A stretch of DNA of 64,000 nucleotides, taken from positions 1,488,001 through 1,552,000 of the forward strand of contig MU008160.1 of NCBI GenBank assembly GCA_010909165.1, in the 5' to 3' direction. The position numbers and the translations under genes are program-made. Under the pieces are notes generated by a model, which saw only the letters and a program-made list of their open reading frames with translations, did no database searches and had not been told where the DNA came from. How positions within the stretch are numbered: position 1 is the first letter of the stretch; every line of letters begins with the position of its first letter. Shown piece after piece: positions 21,979-35,100 of the stretch. Origin of the DNA: Anthoceros angustus (lineage: Eukaryota; Plantae; Anthocerotophyta).

Positions 21979-24900
21979 TGTGCATCAAGTAAGCACTTGA
22001 ATCCATATAAGCACTTCCTCAACAAACAACCTAGCAAAACTAATCTAATATGCAGTATAGGTGCAAACCAATGACAATAGGAGGGTAGCTCGCATCGCCG
22101 TACGAACACACTCCCCACAAGAACAAACGCCAAATTCCTCACACATCGCCTCGGAGTCATAGCTTTGGCCTCCCTCACAACACTCTTGCATTAGCATATC
22201 TAGAGGACAAGCTATGATTTGAGCTTGTCCTCTATGAAAGGGTCTATATACTAGCCCTTGGCATCGGCATATTCTAAGATATCCTATTGCGTTAGCATAT
22301 GCGAAAACATCCTAAGAATACAAGATAATATGCAAGGAATATGCTAAAGCACATTACTAGAACTTAGCCATAGCTATTGCATCCTAAGAATACACTATAA
22401 TATGCAATGAATACGCTAAAGCATATTACTTGAGCTTATCCACTTAGGTATTGCTAACCATGTTTAATTAACAAGAATCCACTCTTAATTAACATAAGTG
22501 ATTTAGATTAATTAACACTACTTATTTACTTAAAGATAAGTAATTAGTGTTAATTAATACTAATCAAACACTAAACCCAAGTGCAAAGATTAGTGTCACG
22601 CATGACATGTACTTAAGTGCTTGAATTTATATAAGCACTTCCTCAACAAACAACAAGTATAGTAAACCAATCATATTGTGTCCCCTACAAGGTGATAATA
22701 AACATACCTTTTTTATCTCCATGATGATGTCACCTCATTCGACCTCTTGCTCCCCCACACTCTGGTAAGCACCCAAGTACATGTCCCGTTGAGGCACGTC
22801 TCGCAATAAGGCTTCGTCCAAGATAGCCTCCTCGGGAACCTGCAGCGGTGGTACAAGTGTGTGGAACGTAAAAGTTTGGGCAACCCGCCTAAACGAGCCG
22901 GCTGTGGAACGGACCTGATTTTTTTTGGCTAGAAACGAGTGGGAAGAGACATGCCGAAATTTTTTTCGATTCTCTGAGAGTTGGAGTTGTTAGGTGTCGA
23001 TGGGCAGGTAAAGATGATGCTTAGGGGACAAAAAGCGGGTCAAAATGACTTTTGTGAGGCGTAAGAAGTGGAAGGGGCGGTGGGTCAGACTAGTGAGGTC
23101 GCCACCCCACGGAGAGGTCGGGAGGGGACTCACATGATGGTCATCACCGCGTAGGTCGACAACATCTCGACTAAAAGAGAACTTAGGATAAGGGTATATC
23201 CACTATATATGCCTACCAATAGGGAATGAATAAATAGGATTAATTAGAAGGTAATCAATTAGGGGCTGAAAATAGGACAGGAAAAATAGGCAACTTAGTG
23301 GCTAGGTATTTTAGGAGCTTAATCAAATCTAGGGTTGAGAGGCTTCCGGTGTGCAATCCAAAGAGGCAAAGTGCGCTCAGCACCAACTCTCTCTCTTGAC
23401 GAGACATCTTCACTTCGTGAGGATCAATGGAGCGTAGAGGAAGAGGAAAAGAGAAGGAAGGTCATCGTCGCCATCGCTGGAAAGCGTGAAGGAAGCAGTG
23501 CGTGAAGATTGGGAGGAAGCCCTAGCTCAAGGCGGCAAGAAGAGAAGGAAGAAAAGGAGAAGGAGGTAGAGGAGAGGACGGACCAATTCGGAGCGTGAGA
23601 AGACGGCCTTGCGTGGCTAGGAAGCATCGAGGAAGACGCCGTGAGGCAGACATCGAGGGTGTCCGCCACAGAGGGAGGGCGAGAAGGACACAAGCCCAAG
23701 CTGGCGGCGCCTTGGCCTGGAAGGAGGTGGCGAGCAATTAAGAATCGGAAGCACCAACCGACTAACGTGGAATTGTGTCTCGGTTGGGGTTTCTTGTGAG
23801 GAGAGGCGTTTGAGGCTAAGCCCGAGGTTGCTAGTGTCTGGAATTGGGAAGTAATTTACTCTTGTCTGTTTAGAAAGGGGTTTCTCCACACCCTTTTGCC
23901 TACCGGACTTGACCGGACCCTTTTGCACTTGAAAAATCCGCATTATAATCGGGCTTTTGATATTTCTCTGCAGACATGTTACAACCTTTTGAATAATAAT
24001 TTTTGATACACGTTATTTGAGATGTAGATTGCAAAGTGGCAAAACCTAAAGTCCCATTCTCGTTCGGCTTTTTTCAAAGACACAAAATTGCGCAAACTTA
24101 TCGCGCCCATCTAAGCAGTCTCAACATCGGCAATCATTGCGGTGTTGACGTACTAAATATTTAGAGTTTTAGGGCTTGCTTTAATTCTAGTCCATCAAAC
24201 TTGTTTCGCACCTACCTCATTCATACTAGTCAATCCTATGACTATACTCTCCAGAATTTTCAGGACTTTGTTCCTTAGACATTGGGACAATAATATCTTC
24301 TTTGGCCGATGCTCTTGATCCACGTCTAGTGCGAGAATGAGAGTGGCATGAGTGCACTTGGGCCCAGCGTCTCAAGATTCAAAAGATGCAAAGGTTCTCA
24401 CTACTAGTTCAAAGTTTTAACTACTAGAAAAAGATGAGGGTTAAGTAAAGATAAGAACATATCCACACTAGGGTGCTGCACAAAAGGTTGAAAAGCGTCG
24501 AAAGGAACCCTTTAAAACAACAAAATATCAAAAAAATACAAAAAATGCAAAATTTGTCAAAATTTTAGAGCAAGTCACACTTGCCTCAAAAACTGGACTT
24601 TTGTAATTTTTAAGGGTTTTAAGTTTTAAGACTTTTGCTCTTTTTCTTTGGATGAACCCAATGCGGAATGCACTAGGAGGCATGAACCATTTGGGTTCAT
24701 GCTCCCTTCTTGACCTTGGGTGCGTGTGCTTGTGTGCACACTTGCGCCTCCTTGCCCAGTGCGGCGCACAAGTCACTGGGCACATCCTGCCACAGTGCGC
24801 GCACTGCCACGGTGCCGCGCGCTGCCACCTGGTGCGCGCTGGGTGCGCGCACCTCCTCCTGGTGTGCACATCCGGGCCCCTGCCGTGGTGCGCCGCCACG

Positions 24901-27900
24901 GTGCATGCACTTGTTCACCAGTGGGCCCCTAGCATGTTTGATGATAACCCGGTACTAGGTCACACGAAAGAGCGGAAACACCGTAAAGAATAAAAGGGAT
25001 AGGGTGTTCTTTCGCATTAGGGCATAGGATAGGTATATAAGAGTGGTCTAGGTGAACCTCCGCCGATGTACTACTTGTTATTTTGTCGGGAGTTCGGCAC
25101 ATCCTCGGACCGCCAAAGGACATGCTTCCCATTAGAAGATCATTTTCGCGTTCTTTTTGCAGTGCATGCACAAGTTTGCACATAAGCGTTGTTTAGGCGC
25201 ACTTATGCGCCTAGGCCCTCTGGTATATAAAACATACAAAACCACACAAAATCACGAAACTACGGACATGGCGAAATTATGGAACAATGAGGTCACTGGC
25301 CCTTCATCACACCGACTAAATCGCCATGAACACGAGTATAAAGGCGCCCGGCGTGTAAATGACTCGACGAAGTGGTGGGCCAGAATGCGAAACCGATGGA
25401 TGAACACCTACAAAACCAACAAAACCAAACCAACTTCTTCCGGCAAAATAGGGTTGGGATTTTTCCAAAACCCCTTTGACAGGAGAAACCCTTTTGAACA
25501 GACAGTTTCCTTGGAAGCGCTTGGAGAGCGAGAAGGCGCCATGACTCGGAAACTAAGGGCAAGGCGGGCGCCAAGGGCTCGACTCGGAGGAGGAAAAGGC
25601 AAGAAGGCAGCAGCCGGAGGCAGCGAGGAGATTTCGAGATGCCCCAATTTACATGTTTGTGGCAACTCAATCCCGAGACTTGGTGGATTTCGCAATGGGC
25701 GTAAGAGGAGAACATCCAATTGAGATGGGTGTATGGGCGTAATAGGCCTACACCAATTTGGAGTTGATTGAGGAGTGTTACATCAACCTCCATCAATCGA
25801 GGCGCCCTCCGCCTATCGGAGAGGGAATGCTCGGCCCGGCCGTTGTTGTTGGGCCTCAAGCATTCACCAGTGTGGAGCCGGGAGGACCGAGGAGAGCTCG
25901 AGAATCGCTCTCCTCGAGAGGACGAAACGGAGGGAAGAGGATTTCCATTTGAAATTCCACATGAGGTCCTCGATATGATGGATGGAGGAGTGAAGGCCCA
26001 CGTCAGAACGGCAGGTGGACAACATCAAGGAACTCAAGTGGAGGCTCTTTTGCCAAAATTGTCTTGGGATTGGTGAATTACCAACGCAACTCCTATTTCG
26101 GCACCAATTTCCTTCAATTCTTGTGGAAGATTTCGAGAGCCAAGCCGGATTGGGGAACTATCATGTATGAGGCCTACATCCACCAGGAGAAACTCCTCCG
26201 GCCGAATACCGTGGATGAGGAGGGGGCAAGGCCATGCTACTTCAGACATCAGTGCGGACACCACGTCCCGTGTGTTGTGAAGAATCCACACTTACCACGG
26301 TGGTGTCCCGTGTGTTGTGAAGAATCCATACTTACCGCGTACAAACACTACACGCCGTTACAGACGGGGGCATGACTTGGCGGGAGGCGAGCCGACACCC
26401 GTAGGGTGATCCATGTTGCAGGTTGAACACGCCGGAGAACATCCTTCATGTTTTCAAGGCCGGCCAAGGTCTCAGACTTGTCCCTCACAATTATTTTCTC
26501 CTTTAAGCGGTCGAAACACCCTCGGGAATACTTAGTTTTGTCAAGCACGAATTATGAATCTTGTACAAAGTCTCATGAACACTCTCGTCAAGCCCTCCAC
26601 TGTTCATGACCATGCAAAGGACCTTGGTGTTGCCCAAATCCAAGAGTGCCTCCTCCCCATCTTTTGACCAGCAGCCTCCTCGCAGCACAAGCTTCCAACT
26701 CTTGCAATTTTTCCACGGACCTCATCCATGACAACCTTTGGTGCCCATGGCTCAATTACACATGGGCGGCTTCTTGATTCTTTCTTACCGCCTAGTAATC
26801 GGTTGGACCGCCTCTCCCTTCTTGCCGCCTCCTCTTCTACCTTCTTTGCGAGGTCCGTCCTTCTTCATGGCCTTCAGGCTTCCACAGGCTCCCAGTGCAT
26901 CGCAGAGGGTGCCATGGTTTGTGGCACTTGGGTTCCTAATCGAGAAGAAGCTTGGCGTGTGAATTGGTCCTGTACTATTTAGGTTGAGAAGAGGAAGCGG
27001 GATAAGGCGGATCGTTGGAGAAGAAATTACAGTTGTGGAAGTCCCTTGGAGATTATACAAGCGATTCTTCGCAACTTGTTGTGGTGGCGGTGATGGCGGA
27101 GCGGAGGTTGATTTGGAAGAGTGTTCTACTCACATCGGGAGCCAGGAAACACCACAAGGCGTTCCTCATAGCAATCTGGAGCTCTCCGAGTTGGGAAGGC
27201 ACGTCGTCCCTCTATGTCGACAAGTGGAGTGCATGATCCCCAAGAGGTATCCATCATGTCCATTAGTGACATCCTCAAAATGCCTCTTGATCTCATCTTC
27301 ACCTCCAATAGCCTCCTTTAGTCCAACCTGTAGTTCGACACATCGGCGTTCATATCTAGTTGACAATTCCATATCCAGTGCGGCACCAATGCTCCCCAAT
27401 TTTTCGAATGTCGTATTCTTGCAGGCCGCATTCACTTTTGCAAATCTATCCAACCTAGCGCCGGCGCCCAGTTCTTGTCCATCTTGGTTGCACAGAGGCG
27501 CTTGACACACCACCGGAATTATCGCCCGATCTCCCGCCCGCACGAGCCTTCACCGTTCTAGTGACATGGTGTCCTCAACTTGACCTGAACCCACCACATT
27601 CCTCGTGACACTTAAATGGTAATACACATGTAGCAACAGCGAAGGAAAGTAGCGTGAAAGGAGCATTTCACCTTTACAGTCAGTTAATAGTCCAAGCGTA
27701 AATGAGCGGTGCCACCACCTCCCATGATGACGATGCGGAAAGACAAACAACCACAAGCACACAAATCGGTCATGTGCTCGCTTTGTCTGAGGAAAATGAG
27801 CGCAGAGATAGCCGTCAAACTCAATACTAACTAGAAAGAAAGGGGATAGAACAATTGATGGGTTTCCGAATTTGTTTCCCTCCCTCACGGCCAGCTTCCC

Positions 27901-29366
27901 TCCCTCACGGACGGCTTCCTCCCTCACCTATGTAAAGAATCTTAGCTTGTTGTCAAACTGTCGGGATTGGTGCAGGAGTATGTAAACGCGTTGAGCACAA
28001 GTTAAGAGCCTTATAGTGAACCAGCCACAGTCTCCACAAACCAAAGCGGGCTTCAAGCAAGTATGCACCTCACGGTGAGCAATAGTCGCACGCCCCTCCC
28101 TCACACACGCCACACAAAACCTCTCAAGATGCTTGCTATCGCGTTCGCCCAGCACCGCCTTTGGCCGCACCACAAAGCTCCTCGTTCGGGAAAGCACCGA
28201 CGTGGCCAAACAGCAGCCGCACAAAGCCATCGCCTCGCACCGCAAGCTCCCAAACCCGTAAGAACCTAGTTCACTCAGCGACTTAGCATAGTCCGCCCTT
28301 ATCACGCCCTATTGCCCTTGTCGACCTTAGCTCTAGCGAAGCCATGTAGGGACTCCCATGGCCACCGTCCTCATCGCCTGGTCCAAGTTTGAGCTCAGAT
28401 TCGGTGTGATGCATGCACGAATGTGAGTCTCAACAGGAGCACGGCCCGATGGAAGTGGATAACCTTATTATCACCCTAAAGGTCAACAAATCCTCGTTTC
28501 CGCCTCGCTTCATCATTTGGTCACTTACGAGTTTGGATAATAAATTGTTCCTATAGCGAGACTTAATGCGCTAATATATCAAATAAATTAATTTTATCCC
28601 TAAAATTTTAGCCCTTCAATATATCTCATGAGTTAAAACAGAGCCCTAAAATATGTCAAAAAAATGGGCATAATTTCAATTATTAAAATCTGACGTAATG
28701 CAAAACACCACTTAGAGGGCTGCTTCCTAAATTAGTGTCACCTTACCATGCTCACACCCTCCTCCTCTCCTTGGACTTGGGGCTTTGCACACTTAGAGGT
28801 CCTTGCCTACTGCTTAAAGCGCTAGCGTCGCCTAAGCTCGCTTCTGGCACACCCGACACGCCAGCATCGCCCAACTAAGCTTAGCAATCTTATCAATTCT
28901 ATGCTATCTAGCGTGCACACGGATCATGATAGAAGTGGTAACGTTGTATGGCACAAACACATTCTCCCCACGAACAACGCAAATTCCTCACATCGCTTCT
29001 GCCATAGCTTTGGCCTCCTCACAACACTCTTGCGTTGTATATTTGGGGGACAAGCGATCCGAGCTGTCCTCTAAAGGGTCTATATACTAGCCTTGGCATT
29101 TGGTATATTCTAAGATATCCTATTGACATCGATATGGAATATTCTAAGAATACACTATAATGCAAGGAATATCTTTGAGCATTTTTCTAGAGCTTATCCA
29201 CTTAGCTATTGCTAACCATGTTTAATTAATACTAATCAATATTTGATTAACATAAGTGCTTTAGATTAATTAATGCTAATTATTAACTTAAAGATAAGTA
29301 ACTACATTAATTAATGCTAATCAAACACTAAACCCAAGTGCAAAATTAGTGTCACATGGCATGACA
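21979..29366 (-). mobile_element. LTR element, copy 2
   Basis: Inverted duplicate of 6155-13737; LTR starts read catgaca ending at 22607 and 29366. Confidence 0.68.
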
Positions 29367-32190
29367 GATCGAAAATTGTGACTCCAAGGTAAGTATAAGA
29401 GTGAACCATTTCCACCTCCTCTTCTTGATAGTAGAATTTACTCATGTCGTTGTAGTCCCTAGAATTGTAACTCATGATCTTGTCTTGAAGATTAACACCC
29501 TAGGCATTGCAAAAGTCAGAGCACATCACGCTTCAGCCATATAGGAGAAAAGGACAATATCATTAGCATAAAGTAGGATCGGAATACTGTTAAGGAATAA
29601 TCAGGCTCGCACCGCTATCACCTGTTGCAAGAAGCCACTCCTCAAGTTCATCAATATAGAAATCAAAGAGATTAGAAGATAATGGGTCACCCTCTCACGT
29701 CAAGCTCGATGAGAATCTGGTGAGCAGCCACGCCAGGAGTCTTCATGAGTATCACCTCTCTCACGTCAAGCTCGATGAGAATCTGGTGAGCAGCCAGGCC
29801 AGGAGTCTTCAGAGTATCACCCTCTCTCACGTCAAGCTCGATGAGAATCTGGTGAGCAGCCAGGCCAGAGAGTCTTCATGAGTACAGACACAAGAATACA
29901 AAGAATGGCAGCATGCTAGAGCTTTGAGGCATATTCAAAGAATTCAACCTATCAAAGAGCTTGTCCCAAGGCACAGAGTTGAAGAGTATGTTGAAGTCTA
30001 CAAAACAACAATAGACATGTTTCTTTTGAAATCGAGCCTCGTCGACAATAGTCCTGTGAACACCGAGACAATTCGACTGTCCATGATTGATCGCAGTCCA
30101 AACTACTCCTCCATTGTGAGCCTCAAAACCGCAGGCCGTATGTCAAAATCCAATGCTTGATGATAGCGTCTAGAGCAGGAGATTGCAAGTGCCTCTCCAC
30201 ATCTTCAAGGGTGATGCTTCCGGAGGATCCTCTGCAGAAGTAGGAGCTATGAGTACAACCGGTGTGCATTCTTCCACTGCAGTCCACTACATTTTCCCGT
30301 CTTAACAAAACAATGTTCCTCAACATGTTATGACATACCGTACCTGGTTCCACGCGAGTGTCGACCACAACAAGGTACAAGGTAACTCGCTCAAGCATCT
30401 GAGGGGCCGTTGCTGCTTCTCTCCAGTTTCATGGTCTCTGGATCATCGTCATAGTCGTCATTGTTTGGGAAGACTCTTTCGGACCTGAACAACTCCTTGA
30501 AATGAGATGTAGTTCTCCTCAGACAGAAAGACAGAAAGAAAGAAAGTACTTAAGAAGAGAGCCAGATTTGCAACAGGCCTGTCTCTCCCTCCACTTGCCT
30601 GACAAGCGTGTTGTCGTGACCCGATTCCTCCGGGAAGTAGATAGACGGGTGCCTTCAGTGGTCCAGAAACAAAATGTAGAAGACACGCATACCCGGCAGT
30701 TTCACGTTCCTGGAGAGAGTTTAGGTTCTGGATCTGCCGATCAGGAGGAAGAGGCCAACCATCGAGGTAAGGTTGTGAAGGGAGGTATCGAAGTGAACAA
30801 TGCCACAAAGCTCCGACTCACCATGGAACCTAAATTTGGAGGAGACTGGTTCTTCTACATTTTGTTTCTGGACCACTTCGAAGGCACCCCGTCTATCTAC
30901 TTCCCGGAGGAATCGGGTCACGACAACACGCTTGTCAGGCAAGTGGAGGGGAGAGACAGGCCTGTTTGCAAATCTGGCTCTCTTCTTAAGTACTTTCTTT
31001 CTTTCTGTCTTTCTGTCTGAGGAGAACTACATCTCATTTCAAGGAGTTGTTCAGGTCCGAAAGAGTCTTCCCAAACAATGACGACTATGACGATGATCCA
31101 GAGACCATGAAACTGGAGAGAAGCAGCAACGGCCCCTCAGATGCTTGCGAGCGAGTTACCTTGTACCTTGTTGTGGTCGACACTCGCGTGGAACCAGGTA
31201 CGGTATGTCATAACATGTTGAGGAACATTGTTTTGTTAAGACGGGAAAATGTAGTGGACTGCAGTGGAAGAATGCACACCGGTTGTACTCATAGCTCCTA
31301 CTTCTGCAGAGGATCCCTCCGGAAGCATCACCCTTGAAGATGTGGAGGCACTTGCAATCTCCTGCTCTAGACGCTATCATCAAGCATTGGATTTTGACAT
31401 ACGGCCTCCGCGGTTTTGAGGCTCACAATGGAGGAGTAGTTTGGACTGCGATCAATCATGGACAGTCAATTGTCTCGGTGTTCACAGGACTATTGTCGAC
31501 GAGGCTCGATTTCAAAAGAAACATGTCTATTGTTGTTTTGTAGACTTCAACATACTCTTCAACTCTGTGCCTTGGGACAAGCTCTTTGATAGGTTGAATT
31601 CTTTGAATATGCCTCCAAAGCTCTAGCATGCTGCCATTCTTTTGTATTCTTGTGTCTGTACTCGTATGAAGACTCTCTGGCCTGGCTGCTCACCAGATTC
31701 TCATCGAGCTTGACGTGAGAGAGGGTGATACTCGTATGAAGACTCCCTGGCCTGGCTGCTCACCAGATTCTCATCGAGCTTGACGTGAGAGAGGGTGATA
31801 CTCGTATGAAGACTCCCTGGCGTGGCTGCTCACCAGATTCTCATCGAGCTTGACGTGAGAGAGGGTGACCCATTATCTTCTAATCTCTTTGATTTCTATA
31901 TTGATGAACTTGAGGAGTGGCTTCTTGCAACAGGTGATAGCGGTGCGAGCCCGATTATTCCTTAACAGTATTCCGATCCTACTTTATGCTAATGATATTG
32001 TCCTTTTCTCCTATATGGCTGAAGCGTGATGTGCTCTCTGACTTTTGCAATGCCTAGGGTGTTAATCTTCAAGACAAAGATCATGAGTTACAATTCTAGG
32101 GACTACAACGACATGAGTAAATTCTACTATCAAGAAGAGGAGGTGGAAATGGTTCACTCTTATACTTACCTTGAGTCACAATTTTCGATC

Positions 32191-35100
32191 TGTCATGCCA
32201 TGACACTAATTTTTGCACTTGGGTTTAGTGTTTGATTAGCATTAATTAATGTAGTTACTTATCTTTAAGTTAATAATTAGCATTAATTAATCTAAAGCAC
32301 TTATGTTAATCAAATATTGATTAGTATTAATTAAACATGGTTAGCAATAGCTAAGTGGATAAGCTCTAGAAAAATGCTTCAGCATATTCCTTGCATTATA
32401 GTGTATTCTTAGAATATTTCCGGCATATGCTGATGTCAATAGGATATCTTAGGAATATCAATTTGAGTATATATAGGCCTTTAATGAGGACAGGATGTGC
32501 TTGTCCACAAATATCTCTGATCTGAGTGTTGTGAGGAGGCGAAGGCATGGCTCGGGCGATGTGTGTGAATTTTTGCGTTGTTCGTGGGAGAATGTGTAGC
32601 GTGCATTCTTCTGTTATTGTTCGATGATGCGTGTGTATGTATTTAATGGGCGTCTTTGGAATTGATAAGATTGCTGGGCTTATCTTTGGCGATGCTAAGC
32701 CGTGTCGAACAGTGTCTGGCGATCTTGGCGGCTAGCGCTTTAAGAGTAGGCGAGGACCTCTAAAGTGTGCCCAAGTCCAAGGAGAGGAGGAGGGTGTGAG
32801 CATGGTAAGGTGACCACTAATTTAGGAAGCAGTGGCAGTCTCTAAGTGGTGTTTTGCATTACGTTCGATTTTTAATAATTGAAATTATGCCCATTTTTAG
32901 ATATTTTTAGGGCTATTCGTTTTAACCATAGATATATTGAAGGGCTAAAATTTTTAGGATAAAATTAATTTATTTGATATATTAGCGATTAAGTCTTGCT
33001 ATATATCTTAGGAACAATTTATTATCCAAACTCGTAAATGTGGCCAGAGCGGGCGGGCGGAAGCAGCGGGATGTATTGACCAAGGGTGATAATAAGGTTA
33101 TCCACTTCCATCGTGCTCCTAATGTTGAGACTCACAAGCATTCGTTTTGTGGCATCAGAGCTGCGAGCTCAAACTTGGGCCGGCGATGAGGGCGGTTGGC
33201 GGCCCTACATACCGCTGAAAACTATATCGTATAGGCAATAAGCGGTGTGTGGCGGTGGTCGTGTTTTGCTGGAGTGAACTAGGTTCTTACGGGTTTGGGA
33301 GCTTGGTGGTGCAGGCGATGGCGATGGCTTTGTCTGGCGTTTGGCTTCGTCGGTAGTGCGGCGAGCTTTTCTGGGCGAGGCTTTGTGGTGCGGCCAAAAG
33401 CGGTGGAGTGCAGCGAGACGATAAGGCGGCATCTTGAGAGGTTTTGTGTGGCGTGTGAGGAGGCGTGTGCGACTATTGCTATTGCACCGTGGTCAGACAC
33501 TTGAAGCTTTGTTTGGTTTGTTTGGAGGCTGTCTTTGGGTTCACTATAAGGCTCCTTAACTTGTGCTCAACGCGTTTAGTACAGCTCCCGGACCAATCCG
33601 ACGGTTTGACAACAAGCTAAGATTCTTTACATAGGTGAGGAGGAAGCCGTCCGTGAGGGAGGAAGGCGGCGTGAGGGAGGGAAACAAATTCTGGGAAACC
33701 CATCAATTGTTCTATCCCCTTTCTTTCTAGTTAGTATTGAGTTTGACGGCTATCTCTGCGCTCATTTTTCCTCTGTACAGGCGCGAGCACATGAGATTGT
33801 GTGTGCTTGTGGTTGTTTGTCTTTCTTCTTTGTCATCATGGGGAGGTGGTGGCCTTGCTCATTTGGCCTTGGACTATTAACTGACTGTAAAGGTGAAATG
33901 CTCCTTTCACGCTACTTTCCTTATTTGTTGCTACATGTGTATTACCATTTAAGTGTCCTGGTTACGAGGAATGTGGTGGGTTCAGGTCAAGTTGAGGACA
34001 CCATGTCACTAGCGGCGGTGAAGGCTCGGCGTGTGGCGGGAGATCTTCTGGCGATAATTCGGTGGTGTGTCAGCGCCTCTGTGCAACCAAGATGGACAGA
34101 AACTGGCGACTAGGTTGGATAGATTTGCAAAAGTGAATGCGGCTCTGCAAGAACACGACATTCCTGAAAAATTCAGGGGGGAGCATTGGTGCTGGCACTA
34201 CAGTGATATGGAATTGTCAACTACAGATATGAACGTCAGATGTGCTGAACTACAGGTTGGACTAAAGGAGGCTATTGGAGGTGAAGATGAGATCAAGAGG
34301 CATTTTGAGGATGTCACTAATGGACATGATGGATACCTCTTGGGGATCACAGACCTACTGTCTGACATAGAGTGGACGCACGTGGACAGTCTTCCCAACT
34401 CTGGAGAGCTCCAGAGATTGCTATGAGGAACGTCTTGTGGCTGTTCTCTGGCTCCGCCTGACAGGAGTAGAACACTCTTCCAAATCAACCTCCGCTCCTG
34501 CGTCATCACCTGCCACCACAACAAGTTGCGAAGAATCGTTTGTATAATCTCCAGAAGGGACTTCCACAACCTGTAATTTCTTCTCCAACGCATCTGCCTT
34601 ATCCTGCTTCCTCTTCTCAACAGCTAAATAGTACTCAGACCAATTCACACGCTTGCCAAGCTTCTTCTCGATTAGGAACCCAAGTGCCACAAACCATGGC
34701 ACCCTCTGCGATGCAACAGCTGTGGGAGCCCAGGGAAGCACAGAAGGCCATGAAGAAGGACGGACCTCCGGCTGCAAAGAAGGTAGAAGAGGAGGCAGAA
34801 GGAGAGAGGCGGTCTCCAAATCAGTTACTACGGTGGCGGTAAGAAAAGAATCGACAAGCCATTGTCATGTGAGCCATGCCATGGCACCAAAGGTTGTCAT
34901 GGATGAGGTGCATGGAAAAATTAGTGCGAGTTGGAAGCTTGTCTTTGGAGGAGGTTTTGTCAAAAGATGGGGAGGAGGCACTCTTGGATTTGGGCAACAC
35001 CAAGGTCCGGCTTGAGCATGGTCATGAGCAGTGGAGGGCTTGACGAGAGTGTTCATGAGACTTTGTCAGCATTCATAATTGTGCTTGACAAAACTAAGTA

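Larger units (their letters stand above)
17875..30683 (-). repeat. Copy 2 (inverted) of the segment; reverse complement of ~4820-17874
   Basis: Fold-back centre tgcttgcacagaagtg-gagcta-cacttctgtgcaagca at 17856-17893. The second junction at 30681-30683 (microhomology aga) switches from revcomp(4820) to forward 4650. Confidence 0.95.
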